From: Balanoglossus misakiensis
Taxonomy: Eukaryota; Animalia; Hemichordata
Assembly (NCBI GenBank): GCA_040954595.2
Contig: CM082582.2
Location: 7,008,063-7,072,062 of the forward strand
Direction of reading: 5' to 3'
DNA length: 64,000 nt
Under the pieces are notes generated by a model. The model saw nothing but the letters and a program-made list of their open reading frames with translations, ran no database searches and was not told the DNA's origin. Numbering within the stretch: the first letter of the stretch is position 1; each line of letters begins with the position of its first letter. Both the position numbers and the translations under genes were made by a program. Shown one piece after another: positions 1 through 22,700 of this stretch.

Positions 1-3000
1 GCGGTGTCGACGGCCAGCGAGTACTACAGTTCGACGAAGAGCAAGAGCAAGGCGCTCTCGTTCGCTTTCTCGCTGGTGGAGAACGGCTGCCAAGTGGCGA
101 CCAACGCCGCCAAACCGGTGGTGGCCATATTCGAGAAACCGAGTGAGTACTACAACCACGGACGGGTATGTCGCAAAAACCTGTATTGCGTATACATGTA
201 CTTGTATACCCGTCCTTATGATTCTTTCTCCCGTCTTCTTTGAATCGTACTACCATCGAATATGTTTTCAGTTCTGCCATCTGTAAGTTAACGGGTGTAA
301 CTTTATGTGATCAAGACTTGGCGAACTAAATCACCGAGCGCCACAGTGCGAGAATACTAGTACTTGGTGTGGAAGGGGATACGTATATAAGTAGGCCTAC
401 GTGTGATCGATTATAATGCCTCCAATTTGAACAGCACCACTGGTCATTTTCTTTCTTTGCTCAAGAGCGTTTTCTGACCAGCCTTTTAATTCTGTTTATC
501 CGAATGCAGTCACTACCGCCGACACGTATGCCTCGGACGCACTGCTTAAAATCGAGGATAGATATCCCATCATCAAGAGGCCCACAGAAAAGGTATGAAT
601 CGGCTTGGGTTACCGAGCAGACAAGAAATTGATGATTCAGCAGTTTTTTGGTTTTTTTTTTTTTGCTCTCGCAAATTTTCGACCAGAAATTAGATATCGG
701 TTGCTTTTCGTCTCACATAATCACATTCCATTATCTGCAAAAGTCAGAACCCGGGGCTTTTACTACACGATTCTCATTCTATAAATTGATTTTTCCCATT
801 TATTTCACAGGTGGTACAGAAAAGTAAAAAGACCGCCGTTCAGACAGGTCGCTCACTGTTGAATTCCGGTCCCGGTCAACTGTTGATGAAAACATTAGCA
901 AAGAGCATCGATGTGTCGGAACACGTCTTAGAATATATACTGCCCCAAGCCGATAAGTCTTCGGAGAAGGGAGAAGAAGTCAACGAGCCGACCCAACATG
1001 AATACTGTGACTGCGAGATCGCCCAGTCTGGTGCGGTTTTCATCACGCAAACTGAACCACTGCAGCCGCCACCGAAAAAGGTACATGACTCGCAGTTTTG
1101 TTTTACTTACCACATTCAAAAAAGTTTACATATTTGACGGTGTTGAGCCGCTAGCCGGCATGACTACTTTTTATCGGGGTGGGGGGGGGGGTCCAGTTTT
1201 GACAGAACTTACTACTGAAATTGAATGAAACATCGTCATCGAATCAGTTAGCGTGAAAAGTTGTAAGCTAAGTTGTCGGAACCCATTATGCATCATGTTC
1301 CCCGTTTATCTCGCAAACTGTGAACACCGCGTGCGTGCGCCCACCAGAGAACATTCAAAATTCTGTAGGTTTTTTTTTTCTGAGCTGATTTTCATTTCTT
1401 TTTTCTCGTGGACAGACTTCTCGGAAGGTGGTGACCTTGGTTAATCTGGTTAGGCAGGTGACTTCTCTGCCTCTACAAATTTGGGTAAGTATGGCCTGTA
1501 CACCTTTCTTCCAGGAAAAGACAAAATAGTATATCGATTTTAGCGGAAATCCATGTCCATGACCCCAGTCCTAACGTGCAATTACGAACATGTTGTATGA
1601 ATAATCTGGACACAGAAATAATGCATAAAATAAAACACGCTTGAAATCGCCCAAAATCCAATACAAAACCGTGACGTCGTTGCCCTCTGCCAAATATGCA
1701 AATTTTGTCACAGAATAATCTCTTACAGACCGACACATTGCGTAAGGTATATAATTATCTCCTGGAAATTTCGACGAACAAGAAGTCGCCGAGAAAAAGC
1801 GGGGCCAGGTCGCCGAACAGCATCGCCAGAAGACTCAAGAAAACTCCGAAGAAAAGAATACACGCCATGTCTCTGTTGAACCAGATGCTGAAGTATTTGC
1901 CGCTCTCCGAAAACACTGTTCGAGTACTGGGGATGAAGATTTCGCGCGGTAGTCGCCATGGAGATATCAGAAAATATTTGATCCTGTCGTCACCAACAGG
2001 TGAGAGATTGGCTTCACGTGTTTTAATGAGATAATTAAATTCGGGCGTATTACCTGGCCATCGGGGCTCCCAATTTGCAAACGCTGTCCACACTGTGTTG
2101 CGATTGGCCAGAAAGGGCCATGTGACGGGATCCGATTATGAATAGGAAAATATTCTCGTCATCTATTGCCTGGTCAGTTGAGAGCTCGCCACGTTGCCTC
2201 AAGGACCATGCGCATGGGCAGAAAGTTGTACTCGAGCCACCTTTGATGAGTGAGGTGCCGTACGGCTTGAACGTCGACTGTTGGGTCAGGTCTGTCACGC
2301 CTCCGTGGAAAAGGACGACATTTTTCCTTCGGCCATAGAAAGAGTGTACCCCGCCAACACCTCATCAGAAGAGAGTGGGTAACACTGAAGTATGTCGTCC
2401 AGTACGTAAGCGATTTTTTACTTCAGTTTGGGAAGAAATTTGCACAAGGGTATCGGAGGTGGAGAAGCACCCGACCCGTTTCAAGTTTCTCTTGAGAAAT
2501 TTCGACTCTGGAATTCATTAACCACGTGAATAGTCGGTCGAGTTCACCATAAAACGCACAATGAATTTGTTTGACCCTTCAGACAATGTCATCATGACTT
2601 CGTTACCAAAAGTTCTGAACAGGACTATTTATCGATGTCTTTGTCCATTGTTGTAAATCTGATGTCGACTATATTCGACATTTAATTTTAGCAAGAAGTA
2701 AAAATGTCCTCGTTTTCAAATTTCACTTCCTTCCAATAAATCTTATGAGAACTCCAGAGTTCGAACTGTGCACTTGTTGCAATTTGAAGATGGCGATTTT
2801 CACCGAGTTACATGTAGAGTAACTCTGTGTTTTCGAAGATGTTGTGTGATTATTACATGTCTCCACAGACGAAGAAGGAAACCCGGTGCCAATCAAACCT
2901 CACGATGCTGAAAAGAAGCGTAAGCACGACGAGACACTGTCAGACTCTGACGTCAGCAGCGAATTCGACCCGGAAACCTATCGATCAAGTGAAGATGAAA

Positions 3001-3862
3001 ACTATTCGGTAGGTTCCTCGAGACTTGAGATTGCATTTTGAACGAAATGGCTTCTATTGGTGAAATGGTTTTTATTGGTTTAAACCAAACCCCCCCCCCC
3101 CCAAGGAGACGCATATGAAACACCCCCCCCCCCTCCCACTCCCATGAATTTGAGAACTTTGGAACTTTGCATTTAGTTTTCACATTCGAGTTCAGTATGT
3201 GACGATGGTGTGCCGCGTGCATATTAGATAACAACGCCATCTCCGTAAAAGTCGCATCTTTTTTTTTTTGCAGCCCGGCGAAGAAGGAACCACAGACAGC
3301 CTCGAGTACGCGTCGTCCAAGTCCGACGAAGAAGACGCAACGGAGGAGTTCAAGAAACTGATAGAAGAGAGCAAAGATGTGGGACCAGAGGAACGCACAA
3401 AGGAGAAGCCCAAAAAGGAATCCGAGGAAGAGACTGAAAAAGACCTTGACGAAAAGGAAGCGGAACAGAAAACTGGCACCACCGACAAAGATGACCATCC
3501 TGTTGATAGTGATGTATGATTTCTTGCATATTTTCAATACCTCCCATGAGCTGAAAGTTTTGGGGTATTTTGTGAATAATTATCCCGTGCACGAATTGAG
3601 ACCGTGCCAAGTGGCTCCTCTCTGCTCTGTTGACGTAAAAATACCCAAACTTGACGTTTTAACGTCATTTGTTCTTTTATCTTTTCAGTCGAAAGTGAAA
3701 GATAACGACGCACATCAACAAAAATCGACGTCTGACAAAGAAGAGGAGAAAGTGGAGTCGAAGAAAGTCACGGTTGACGCCGTGATTTCGAAAGTGGCGG
3801 CGATTGAAGCCGAGAAAGTCCCGGATCCTGCAGCTCAAACTGCGCCGACTCGGACCGAGTAG
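1..3862 (+). CDS. Perilipin (PAT-domain) family lipid-droplet protein, 5'-truncated by window edge; 8 exons visible
   Basis: Exons 1-142, 510-592, 811-1080, 1416-1484, 1729-1999, 2869-3008, 3274-3513, 3689-3862 all have GT-AG ends and compatible phases. Translation ...EYYSSTKSKS..FSLVENGCQVATNAAKPVVAIFEKP-ITTADTYASDALLKIEDRYPIIKRPTEKV resembles the perilipin PAT domain (..ANEYACRGLDKLEEKLPIL.QPTEKV). C-terminus is acidic/charged and low-complexity. Exon 1729-1999 is the least certain. Confidence 0.8.
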
Positions 3863-4280
3863 TTTATGAATAAGGAAGCACATCGACAGAATGAACAACA
3901 GTCTTATGGATATTCAATATTTTGTACCTATTTAAATACATTGAGGATATATTAAAACCAATTAATGCAATGATTCAAAGCAATATAAGAGTGTTGATTC
4001 ATATGACTGTTCATGTCAAACACAATTTCAACATAAATGAAAGTAATTTCTAGAAAACGGAAACTTTTACCTTCACGGGTTCAATTTTATTTCATAGCCA
4101 CCAAGAGATACGCTTTACACCGTTGTACAAGAAATTTGAGTGAACGTATAGAAGAGGCATATGAAATCCGAACGACTTGAATGAATTGGAACTTTGGTGA
4201 AGTTTCAGTAAAATACTTCAATTGGAAGAAATAGAAGATATTTTGGGGATGAAGTAATATGCAAAACTGCAGTTGGGATG

Positions 4281-12360
<8,080 letters not shown>

Positions 12361-12391
12361 CGTGCGGTTATTTGGTTCGGATCAGAAAGAC

Positions 12392-13375
12392 CTGAAAAGA
12401 AATCAGTATAAAATTTGACTAAAATTACCTACACAATGATAAATTTAAATGCGTTATACAGGATAATGAAATTGGATAGAGTTCTGTTGAACGTACATAC
12501 ATGAAAAGGATTAGGAGATATGGGAAAATGCCCTTTGTAACTGAAGAAATACTTTTTAACAGAAAGGTGCCTATTCCATACCTTGTTACCTGGAAGTGAC
12601 AGTGTGGATGTGTACACGGTTCTCGAAACGATACCTCAATAAATCAAAGGTCTTCTGTTTTTTTTCTGCGGTGCAATATCCTCACTTTAAACGTTTCAGA
12701 GCCTGTCACGTGCGCGTTCCCACTCAATTATGCAAATTACTTCTGTGCTCTTACAAACAATATCTCCGCCCCAGGGCCTCTGACCCAGGGCCTAACAAAC
12801 CTATATTTTTCCGCCGAAGGAATGCGTTGTTCCATTTCCCGTCTTGGTGTATTGTCCAATAAGTGGCTTTTTATTCTGAGAGATGGTGACGTGGCAACAA
12901 AGCGTCTCTTAGACAGCTTTAAAATAGAAATCAGACGAAACCGGTAAAAACCTGCGTCGTTGGATGCGGGCAGAGCAAAATATTTCCGGATTGCCATACG
13001 TTTGAAATGAAATCGCGACGGGACTATTTTGAAATACTGTGTGCGATATTCCAATGTGTATGGCGGAGAATGAAATGTTCCGTTTCCCGCTTTGGTGAAC
13101 ACTGTAGCGGAGAAAACTACGACCACGAAAGCGAAAACTTTTTTCTCCAAACACAATGCGCCATAGAATTGAAGTACAATTTTTTTATGAAAAACACGTT
13201 ATGATTTACTGGCAAAAAAGTATCCTGTCTATCAAGTTGAATTGTTTTTACCAAACATGATAAACATCGACTAAAAGGGAACTTACAGTATTCGTTTTTT
13301 GTTACGACGAATGCACGGATATTGGTGACGTTCCAATGCCATCTTAAATTATCAGTAATCATTTGCAGGCGTTGT
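12392..13375 (-). promoter_or_regulatory. Conserved upstream region (5'UTR intron, probable non-coding exon and promoter) of the lectin genes; paralogous at ~35067-36025, 42468-43425, 48665-49622
   Basis: The signal-peptide exon is preceded by an acceptor (tttcttttcag, ending at 12392), implying an upstream non-coding exon; candidate donors lie near 12580-12590. About 1 kb is conserved in all four copies. TSS not determinable from sequence. Confidence 0.5.
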
Positions 13376-13746
13376 TTTTATCCCAGACAACTCCAGTGGT
13401 TTTGAAGAATCAACAATGAGACATCATGACCAGTCAAATGCTTGCTCAGATACCAGTTTATTGCCAAGTTATAAGGATTTCCAGGAAGAGAAAGAATTTG
13501 AGAAATCAAGAGAGAAAAGTTGGTGTTCATTAAAATTCACAAATCCCATCGATTAACATTGATTGACATTTGTTTGCGGAACACGTGTCCCACTTTCGGT
13601 TTCCAGATCCATGACTTCAACCAAACGCGGGTGAAGGGTTTTCGTTTTGTCAATCAGCTGAAAATGATTAAAAAGCAGTAAGTAAGGGTTTATCAGACAA
13701 CAAATGACGGTTCGGTTTACATTCACTCACTGCAAACACTTACACT

Positions 13747-16700
13747 ATCATGGGTTATAGTTCATGAAAATCATCCAAAAAATGACAATTTTTCGACTTT
13801 GCGAAATTTCAAAATTTCTTCATTTTTTGAAAAAATCATGGGTTATAGCTCATGAACATCATCCAAAAATGACAATTTTTCGACTTTGCGAAATCTCAAA
13901 ATTTGGTCGATTTTTGAAAAAAATCATGGGTTATAGCTCATGAAAATCATCAAAAAATGACAATTTTTCGACTTTGCGAAATCTCAAAATTTGGTCGATT
14001 TTGAAAAAAATCATGGGTTATAGCTCATGACAATCATCAAAAAATGAGAATTTTTCGATATTGCGAAATCTCAAAATTTGGTCGATTTTTGAAAAAAATT
14101 ATGGGATATAGCTCATGAAAATCATCAAAAAATGACAATTTTTCGACTTTGCGAAATCTCAAAATTTCTTCATTTTTTGAAAAAAATAATGGGTTATAGC
14201 TCATGAAAATCATCAAAAAATGACAATTTTTCGACTTTGCGAAATTTCAAAATTTCTTCATTTTTTGAAAAAATCATGGGTTATAGCTCATGAAAATCAT
14301 CCAAAAATGACAATTTTTCGACTTTGCGAAATCTCAAAATTTGGTCGATTTTTGAAAAAAATCATGGGTTATAGCTCATGAAAATCATCAAAAAATGACA
14401 ATTTTTCGACTTTGCGAAATCTCAAAATTTGGTCGATTTTGAAAAAAATCATGGGTTATAGCTCATGACAATCATCAAAAAATGAGAATTTTTCGATATT
14501 GCGAAATCTCACAATTTGGTCGATTTTTGAAAAAAATCATGGGTTATAGCTCATGAAAATCATCAAAAAATGACAATTTTTCGACTTTGCGAAATCTCAA
14601 CATTTGTTCGATTTTTGAAAAAAATCATGGGTTATAGCTCATGAAAATCATCCAAAAATGACAATTTTTCGACTTTGCGAAATCTCAAAATTTGGTCGAT
14701 TTTTGAAAAAAATCATGGGTTATAGCTCATGAAAATCATCAAAAAATGACAATTTTTCGACTTTGCGAAATCTCAAAATTTGGTCGATTTTTGAATAAAA
14801 ATCATGGGTTATAGCTCATGAAAATCATCAAAAAATGAGAATTTTTCGATATTGCGAAATCTCAAAATTTGGTCAATTTTTGAAAAAAATCACGGGTATA
14901 GCTCATGAAAATCATCAAAAAATGACAATTTTTCGACTTTGCGAAATCTCAAAATTTTGTCGATTTTTGAAAAAAATCATGGGTTATAGCTCATGAAAAT
15001 CATTAAAAAATGACAATTTTTCGACTTTGCGAAATCTCAAAATTTGGTCGATCTTGAAAAAAATCATGGGTTATAGCTCATGAAAATCATCAAAAAATGA
15101 CAATTTTTCGACTTTGCGAAATCTCAAAATTTCTTCATTTTTTGAAAAAAATAATGGGTTATAGCTCATGAAAATCATCAAAAAATGACAATTTTTCGAC
15201 TTTGCGAAATTTCAAAATTTCTTCATTTTTTGAAAAAATCATGGGTTATAGCTCATGAAAATCATCCAAAAATGACAATTTTTCGACTTTGCGAAATCTC
15301 AAAATTTGGTCGATTTTTGAAAAAAATCATGGGTTATAGCTCATGAAAATCATCAAAAAATGACAATTTTTCGACTTTGCGAAATCTCAAAATTTGGTCG
15401 ATTTTGAAAAAAATCATGGGTTATAGCTCATGACAATCATCAAAAAATGAGAATTTTTCGATATTGCGAAATCTCACAATTTGGTCGATTTTTGAAAAAA
15501 ATCATGGGTTATAGCTCATGAAAATGATCAAAAAATGACAATTTTTCGACTTTGCGAAATCTCAACATTTGTTCGATTTTTGAAAAAAATCATGGGTTAT
15601 AGCTCATGAAAATCATCCAAAAATGACAATTTTTCGACTTTGCGAAATCTCAAAATTTGGTCGATTTTTGAAAAAAATCATGGGTTATAGCTCATGAAAA
15701 TCATCAAAAAATGACAATTTTTCGACTTTGCGAAATCTCAAAATTTGGTCGATTTTTGAATAAAAATCATGGGTTATAGCTCATGAAAATCATCAAAAAA
15801 TGAGAATTTTTCGATATTGCGAAATCTCAAAATTTGGTCAATTTTTGAAAAAAATCACGGGTATAGCTCATGAAAATCATCAAAAAATGACAATTTTTCG
15901 ACTTTGCGAAATCTCAAAATTTTGTCGATTTTTGAAAAAAATCATGGGTTATAGCTCATGAAAATCATTAAAAAATGACAATTTTTCGACTTTGCGAAAT
16001 CTCAAAATTTGGTCGATCTTGAAAAAAATCATGGGTTATAGCTCATGAAAATCATCAAAAAATGAGAATTTTTCGATATTGCGAAATCTGAAAATTTGGT
16101 CGATTTTTGAAAAAAATCATTGGTTATAGCTCATGAAAATCATCCAAAAATGACAATTTTTCGACTTTGCGAAATCTTAAAATTTCTTCATTTTTGTGAA
16201 AATAATCATGGGTTATAGCTCTTGAAAATCATCAAAAAATGACAATTTTTCGACTTTGCGAAATCTCAAAGTTTGGTCGATTTTTTAAAAAAATCATGGG
16301 TTATAGCTCATTAAAATCATCAAAAAATGACAATTTTTCGACTTTGCGAAATCTCAAAATTTGGTCGATTTTTGAAAAAAATCATGGGTTATAGCTCATG
16401 AAAATCATCAAAAAATGAAAATTTTTCGATATTGCGAAATCTCAAAATTTGGTCGATTTTTGAAAAAAATCATGGGTTATAGCTCATGAAAATCATCAAA
16501 AAATGACAATTTTTCGACTTTGCGAAATCTCAAAATTTGGTCGATTTTTGAAAAAAATCATGGGTTATAGCTCATGAAAATCATCAAAAAATGATAATTT
16601 TTCGACTTTGCGAAATCTCAAAATTTGGTCGATTTTTGAATAAAAATCATGGGTTATAGCTCATGAAAATCATCAAAAAATGAGAATTTTTCGATATTGC

Positions 16701-19700
16701 GAAATCTCAAAATTTGGTCAATTTTTGAAAAAAATCACGGGTATAGCTCATGAAAATCATCAAAAAATGACAATTTTTCGACTTTGCGAAATCTCAAAAT
16801 TTTGTCGATTTTTGAAAAAAATCATGGGTTATAGCTCATGAAAATCATTAAAAAATGACAATTTTTCGACTTTGCGAAATCTCAAAATTTGGTCGATCTT
16901 GAAAAAAATCATGGGTTATAGCTCATGAAAATCATCAAAAAATGAGAATTTTTCGATATTGCGAAATCTCAAAATTTGGTCGATTTTGAAAAAATTCATG
17001 GGTTATAGCTCATGAAAATCATCAAAAAATGAGAATTTTTCGATATTGCGAAATCTCAAAATTTGGTCGATTTTTGAAAAAAAATCATGGGTTATAGCTC
17101 ATGAAAATCATCAAAAATGACAATTTTTCGACTTTGCGAAATCTCAAAATTTCTTCATTTTTTGAAAAAAATAATGGGTTATAGCTCCTGAAAATCATCC
17201 AAAAATGACAATTTTTCGACTTTGTGAAATCTCAAAATTTGGTCGATTTTTGAAAAAAATCATGGGTTATAGCCCATGAAAATCATCCAAAAATGACAAT
17301 TTTTAAACTTTGCGAAATCTTAAAATTTCTTCATTTTTTGAAAAAAATCATGGGTTATAGCTCAGGAAAATCATCAAAAAATGACAATTTTGCGACTTTG
17401 CGAAATCTCAAAATTTGGTCGATTTTGAAAAAAATCATGGGTTATAGCTCATGAAAATCATCAAAAATGACAATTTTTCGACTTTGCGAAATCTCAAAAT
17501 TTGGTCGATTTTTGAAAAAAATCATGGGTTATATCTCATGAAAATCATCAAAAAATGACAATTTTTCGACTTTGCGAAATCTCAAAGTTTGGTCGATTTT
17601 TTAAAAAAATCATGGGTTATAGCTCATGAAAATCATCAAAAAATGACAATTTTTCGATATTGCGAAATCTCAAAATTTGGTCGATTTTTGAAAAAAATCA
17701 TGGGTTATAGCTCATGAAAATCATCAAAAAATGACAATTTTTCGACTTTGCGAAATCTCAAAATTTGGTCGATTTTTGAAAAAAATCATGGGTTATAGCT
17801 CATGAAAATCATCAAAAAATGAGAATTTTTCGATATTGCGAAATCTGAAAATTTGGTCGATTTTTGAATAAAATCATGGGTTATAGCTCATGAAAATCAT
17901 CCAAAAATGACAATTTTTCAACTTTGCGAAATCTTAAAATTTCTTCATTTTTTGAAAATAATCATGGGTTATAGCTCTTGAAAATCATCAAAAAATGACA
18001 ATTTTTCGACTTTGCGAAATCTCAAAGTTTGGTCGATTTTTAAAAAAAATCATGGGTTATAGCTCATTAAAATCATCAAAAAATGACAATTTTTCGACTT
18101 TGCGAAATCTCAAAATTTGGTCGATTTTTGAAAAAAATCATGGGTTATAGCTCATGAAAATCATCAAAAAATGAAAATTTTTCGACTTTGCGAAATCTCA
18201 AAATTTGGTCGATCTTGAAAAAAATCATGGGTTATAGCTCATGAAAATCATCAAAAAATGAGAATTTTTCGATATTGCGAAATCTGAAAATTTGGTCGAT
18301 TTTTGAAAAAAATCATGGGTTATAGCTCATGAAAATCATCCAAAAATGACAATTTTTCAACTTTGCGAAATCTTAAAATTTCTTCATTTTTTGAAAATAA
18401 TCATGGGTTATAGCTCTTGAAAATCATCAAAAAATGACAATTTTTCGACTTTGCGAAATCTCAAAGTTTGGTCGATTTTTAAAAAAAATCATGGGTTATA
18501 GCTCATTAAAATCATCAAAAAATGACAATTTTTCGACTTTGCGAAATCTCAAAATTTGGTCGATTTTTGAAAAAAATCATGGGTTATAGCTCATGAAAAT
18601 CATCAAAAAATGACAATTTTTCGACTTTGCGAAATCTCAAAATTTGGTCGATTTTTGAAAAAAATCATGGGTTATAGCTCATGAAAATCATCAAAAAATG
18701 ACAATTTTTCGATTTTGCGAAATCTCACAATTTGGTCGATTTTTGAAAAAAATCATGGGTTATAGCTCATGAAAATCATCAAAAAATGACAATTTTTCGA
18801 CTTTGCGAAATCTCAAAATTTGGTCGATTTTTGAAAAAAATCATGGGTTATAGCTCATGAAAATCATCCAAAAATGACAATTTTTCGACTTTGCGAAATC
18901 TCAAAATTTGGTCGATTTTGAAAAAATTCATGGGTTATAGCTCATGAAAATCATCAAAAAATGACAATTTTTCGATATTGCGAAATCTCAAAATTTGGTC
19001 GATTTTTGAAAAAAAATCATGGGTTATAGCTCATGAAAATCATCAAAAATGACAATTTTTCGACTTTGCGAAATCTCAAAATTTCTTCATTTTTTGAAAA
19101 AAATAATGGGTTATAGCTCCTGAAAATCATCCAAAAATGACAATTTTTCGACTTTGCGAAATCTCAAAATTTGGTCGATTTTTGAAAAAAATCATGGGTT
19201 ATAGCTCATGAAAATCATCCAAAAATGACAGTTTTTCAACTTTGCAAAATCTTAAAATTTCTTCATTTTTTGAAAAAAATCATGAGTTATAGCTCATGAA
19301 AATCATCAAAAAATGACAATTTTTCGACTTTGCGAAATCTCAAAATTTGGTCGATTTTTGAAAAAAATCATGGGTTATAGCCCATGAAAATCATCCAAAA
19401 ATGACAATTTTTAAACTTTGCGAAATCTTAAAATTTCTTCATTTTTTGAAAAAAATCATGGGTTATAGCTCAGGAAAATCATCAAAAAATGACAATTTTG
19501 CGACTTTGCGAAATCTCAAAATTTGGTCGATTTTGAAAAAAATCATGGGTTATAGCTCATGAAAATCATCAAAAATGACAATTTTTCGACTTTGCGAAAT
19601 CTCAAAATTTCTTCATTTTTTGAAAAAAATAATGGGTTATAGCTCATGAAAATCATCAAAAAATGACAATTTTTCGACTTTGCGAAATCTCAAAATTTGG

Positions 19701-22700
19701 TCGATTTTTGAAAAAAATCATGGGTTATAGCTCCTGAAAATCATCCAAAAATGATAATTTTTCGACTTTGCGAAATCTCAAAATTTGGTCGATTTTTGAA
19801 AAAAATCATGGGTTATAGCTCATGAAAATCACCAAAAAATGACAATTTTTCGACTTTGCGAAATCTCAAAATTTGGTCGATTTTTGAAAAAAATCATGGG
19901 TTATAGCTCATGAAAATCATCCAAAAATGACAGTTTTTCAACTTTGCTAAATCTTAAAATTTCTTCATTTTTTGAAAAAAATCATGAGTTATAGCTCATG
20001 AAAATCATCAAAAAATGACAATTTTTCGACTTTGCGAAATCTCAAAATTTGGTCGATTTTTGAAAAAAATCATGGGTTATAGCCCATGAAAATCATCCAA
20101 AAATGACAATTTTTAAACTTTGCGAAATCTTAAAATTTCTTAATTTTTTGAAAAAAATCATGGGTTATAGCTCAGGAAAATCATCCAAAAATGACAATTT
20201 TTCGACTTTGCGAAATCTCAAAATTTCTTCATTTTTTGAAAAAAATCATGAGTTATAGCTCATGAAAATCATCAAAAAATGACAATTTGTCGACTTTGCG
20301 AAATCTCAAAATTTGGTCGATTTTTGAAAAAAAATCATGGGTTATTGCCCATGAAAATCATCCAAAAATGACAATTTTTCGACTTTGCGAAATCTTAAAA
20401 TTTCTTCATTTTTTGAAAAAAATCATGGGTTATAGCTCATGAAAATCATCAAAAAATGACAATTTTGCGACTTTGCGAAATCTCAAAATTTGGTCGATTT
20501 TGAAAAAAATCATAGGTTATAGCTCATGAAAATCATCAAAAAATGACAATTTTTCGATATTGCGAAATCTCAAAGTTTGGTCGATTTTTGAAAAAAATCA
20601 TGGGTTATAGCTCATGAAAATCATCAAAAAATGACAATTTTTCTACTTTGCGAAATCTCAAAATTTGGTCAATTTTTGAAAAAAATCATGGGTTATAGCT
20701 CATGAAAATCATCCAAAAATGACAATTTTTCGACTTTGCGAAATCTCAAAATTTGGTCGATTTTTGAACAAAATCATGGGTTATAGCTCATGAAAATCAT
20801 CAAAAAATGACAATTTTTCGACTTTGCGAAATCTCAAAATTTGGTCGATTTTGAAAAAAATCATGGGTTACAGCTCATGAAAATCATCAAAAAATAACAA
20901 TTTTGCGACTTTGCGAAATCTCAAAATTTGGTCGATTTTGAAAAAAATCATAGGTTATAGCTCATGAAAATCATCAAAAAATGACAATTTTTCGATATTG
21001 CGAAATCTCAAAGTTTGGTCGATTTTTGAAAAAAATCATGGGTTATAGCTCATGAAAATCATCAAAAAATGACAATTTTTCTACTTTGCGAAATCTCAAA
21101 ATTTGGTCGATTTTTGAAAAAAATCATGGGTTATAGCTCATGAAAATCATCCAAAAATGACAATTTTTCGACTTTGCGAAATCTCAAAATTTGGTCGATT
21201 TTTGAACAAAATCATGGGTTATAGCTCATAAAAATCATCAAAAAATGACAATTTTTCGACTTTGCGAAATCTCAAAATTTTGTCGATTTTGAAAAAAATC
21301 ATGGGTTATAGCTCATGAAAATCATCAAAAAATGAGAATTTTTCAATATTGCGAAATCTCAAAATTTGGTCGATTTTTGAAAAAAATCATGGGTTATAGC
21401 TCATGAAAATCATCAAAAAATGACAATTTTTCGACTTTGCGAAATCTCAAAATTTGGTCGATTTTGAAAAAAATCATGGGTTATAGCTCATGAAAATCAT
21501 CCAAAAATGACAATTTTTCGACTTTGCGAAATCTCAAAATTTGGTCGATTTTTGAAAAAAATCATGGGTTATAGCTCATGAAAATCATCCAAAAATGACA
21601 ATTTTTCGACTTTGCGAAATCTTAAAATTTCTTCATTTTTTGAAAAAAATCATGGGTTATAGCTCATGAAAATCATCAAAAAATGACAATTTTGCGACTT
21701 TGCGAAATCTCAAAATTTGGTCGATTTTGAAAAAAATCATAGGTTATAGCTCATGAAAATCATCAAAAAATGACAATTTTTCGATATTGCGAAATCTCAA
21801 AGTTTGGTCGATTTTTGAAAAAAATCATGGGTTATAGCTCATGAAAATCATCAAAAAATGACAATTTTTCTACTTTGCGAAATCTCAAAATTTGGTCGAT
21901 TTTTCAAAAAAATCATGGGTTATAGCTCATGAAAATCATCAAAAAATGACAATTTTTCGACTTTGCGAAATCTCAAAATTTGGTCGATTTTTGAAAAAAA
22001 ATCATGGGTTATAGCTCATGAAAATCATCAAAAAATGACAATTTTTCGACTTTGCGAAATCTCAAAATTTGGTCGATTTTGAAAAAAATCATGGGTTATA
22101 GCTCATGAAAATCATCAAAAAATGAGAATTTTTCGATATTGCGAAATCTCAAAATTTGGTCGATTTTTGAAAAAAATCATGGGTTATAGCTCATGAAAAT
22201 CATCCAAAAATGACAATTTTTCGATATTGCGAAATCTCAAAATTTGGTCGATTTTTGAAAAAAATTATGGGTTATAGCTCTTAAAAATCATCCAAAAATG
22301 AAAATTTTTCGACTTTGCGAAATCTCAAAATTTATTCATTTTTTGAAAAAAATAATGGGTTTTAGCTCATGAAAATCATCCAAAAATGACAATTTTTCGA
22401 CTTTGCGAAATCTCAAAATTTGGTCGATTTTTGAAAAAAATCATGGGTTATAGCTCTTGAAAATCATCCAAAAATGACAATTTTTCGACTTTACGAAATC
22501 TCAAAATTTCCTCATTTTTTGAAAAAAAATGATGGGTTATAGCTCATGAAAATCATCCAAAAATGACAATTTTTCGACTTTGCGAAATCTCAAAATTTGG
22601 TCGATTTTTGAAAAAAATCATGGGTTATAGCTCATGAAAATCATCCAAAAATGACAATTTTTCGACTTTGCGAAATCTCAAAATTTCTTCATTTTTTGAA

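Noticed and set aside
2050-2480. Moderately GC-rich intronic stretch with short ORFs in the perilipin gene
   Set aside because: No convincing splice-site pair, domain or TE hallmark recognised.
12737-13156. 139-aa ORF and paralogues (35462, 42862, and the 220-aa ORF at 48856)
   Set aside because: No recognisable domain, ends differ by frameshifts among copies, and the 220-aa version is created by the inversion. Recurrence reflects recent duplication.
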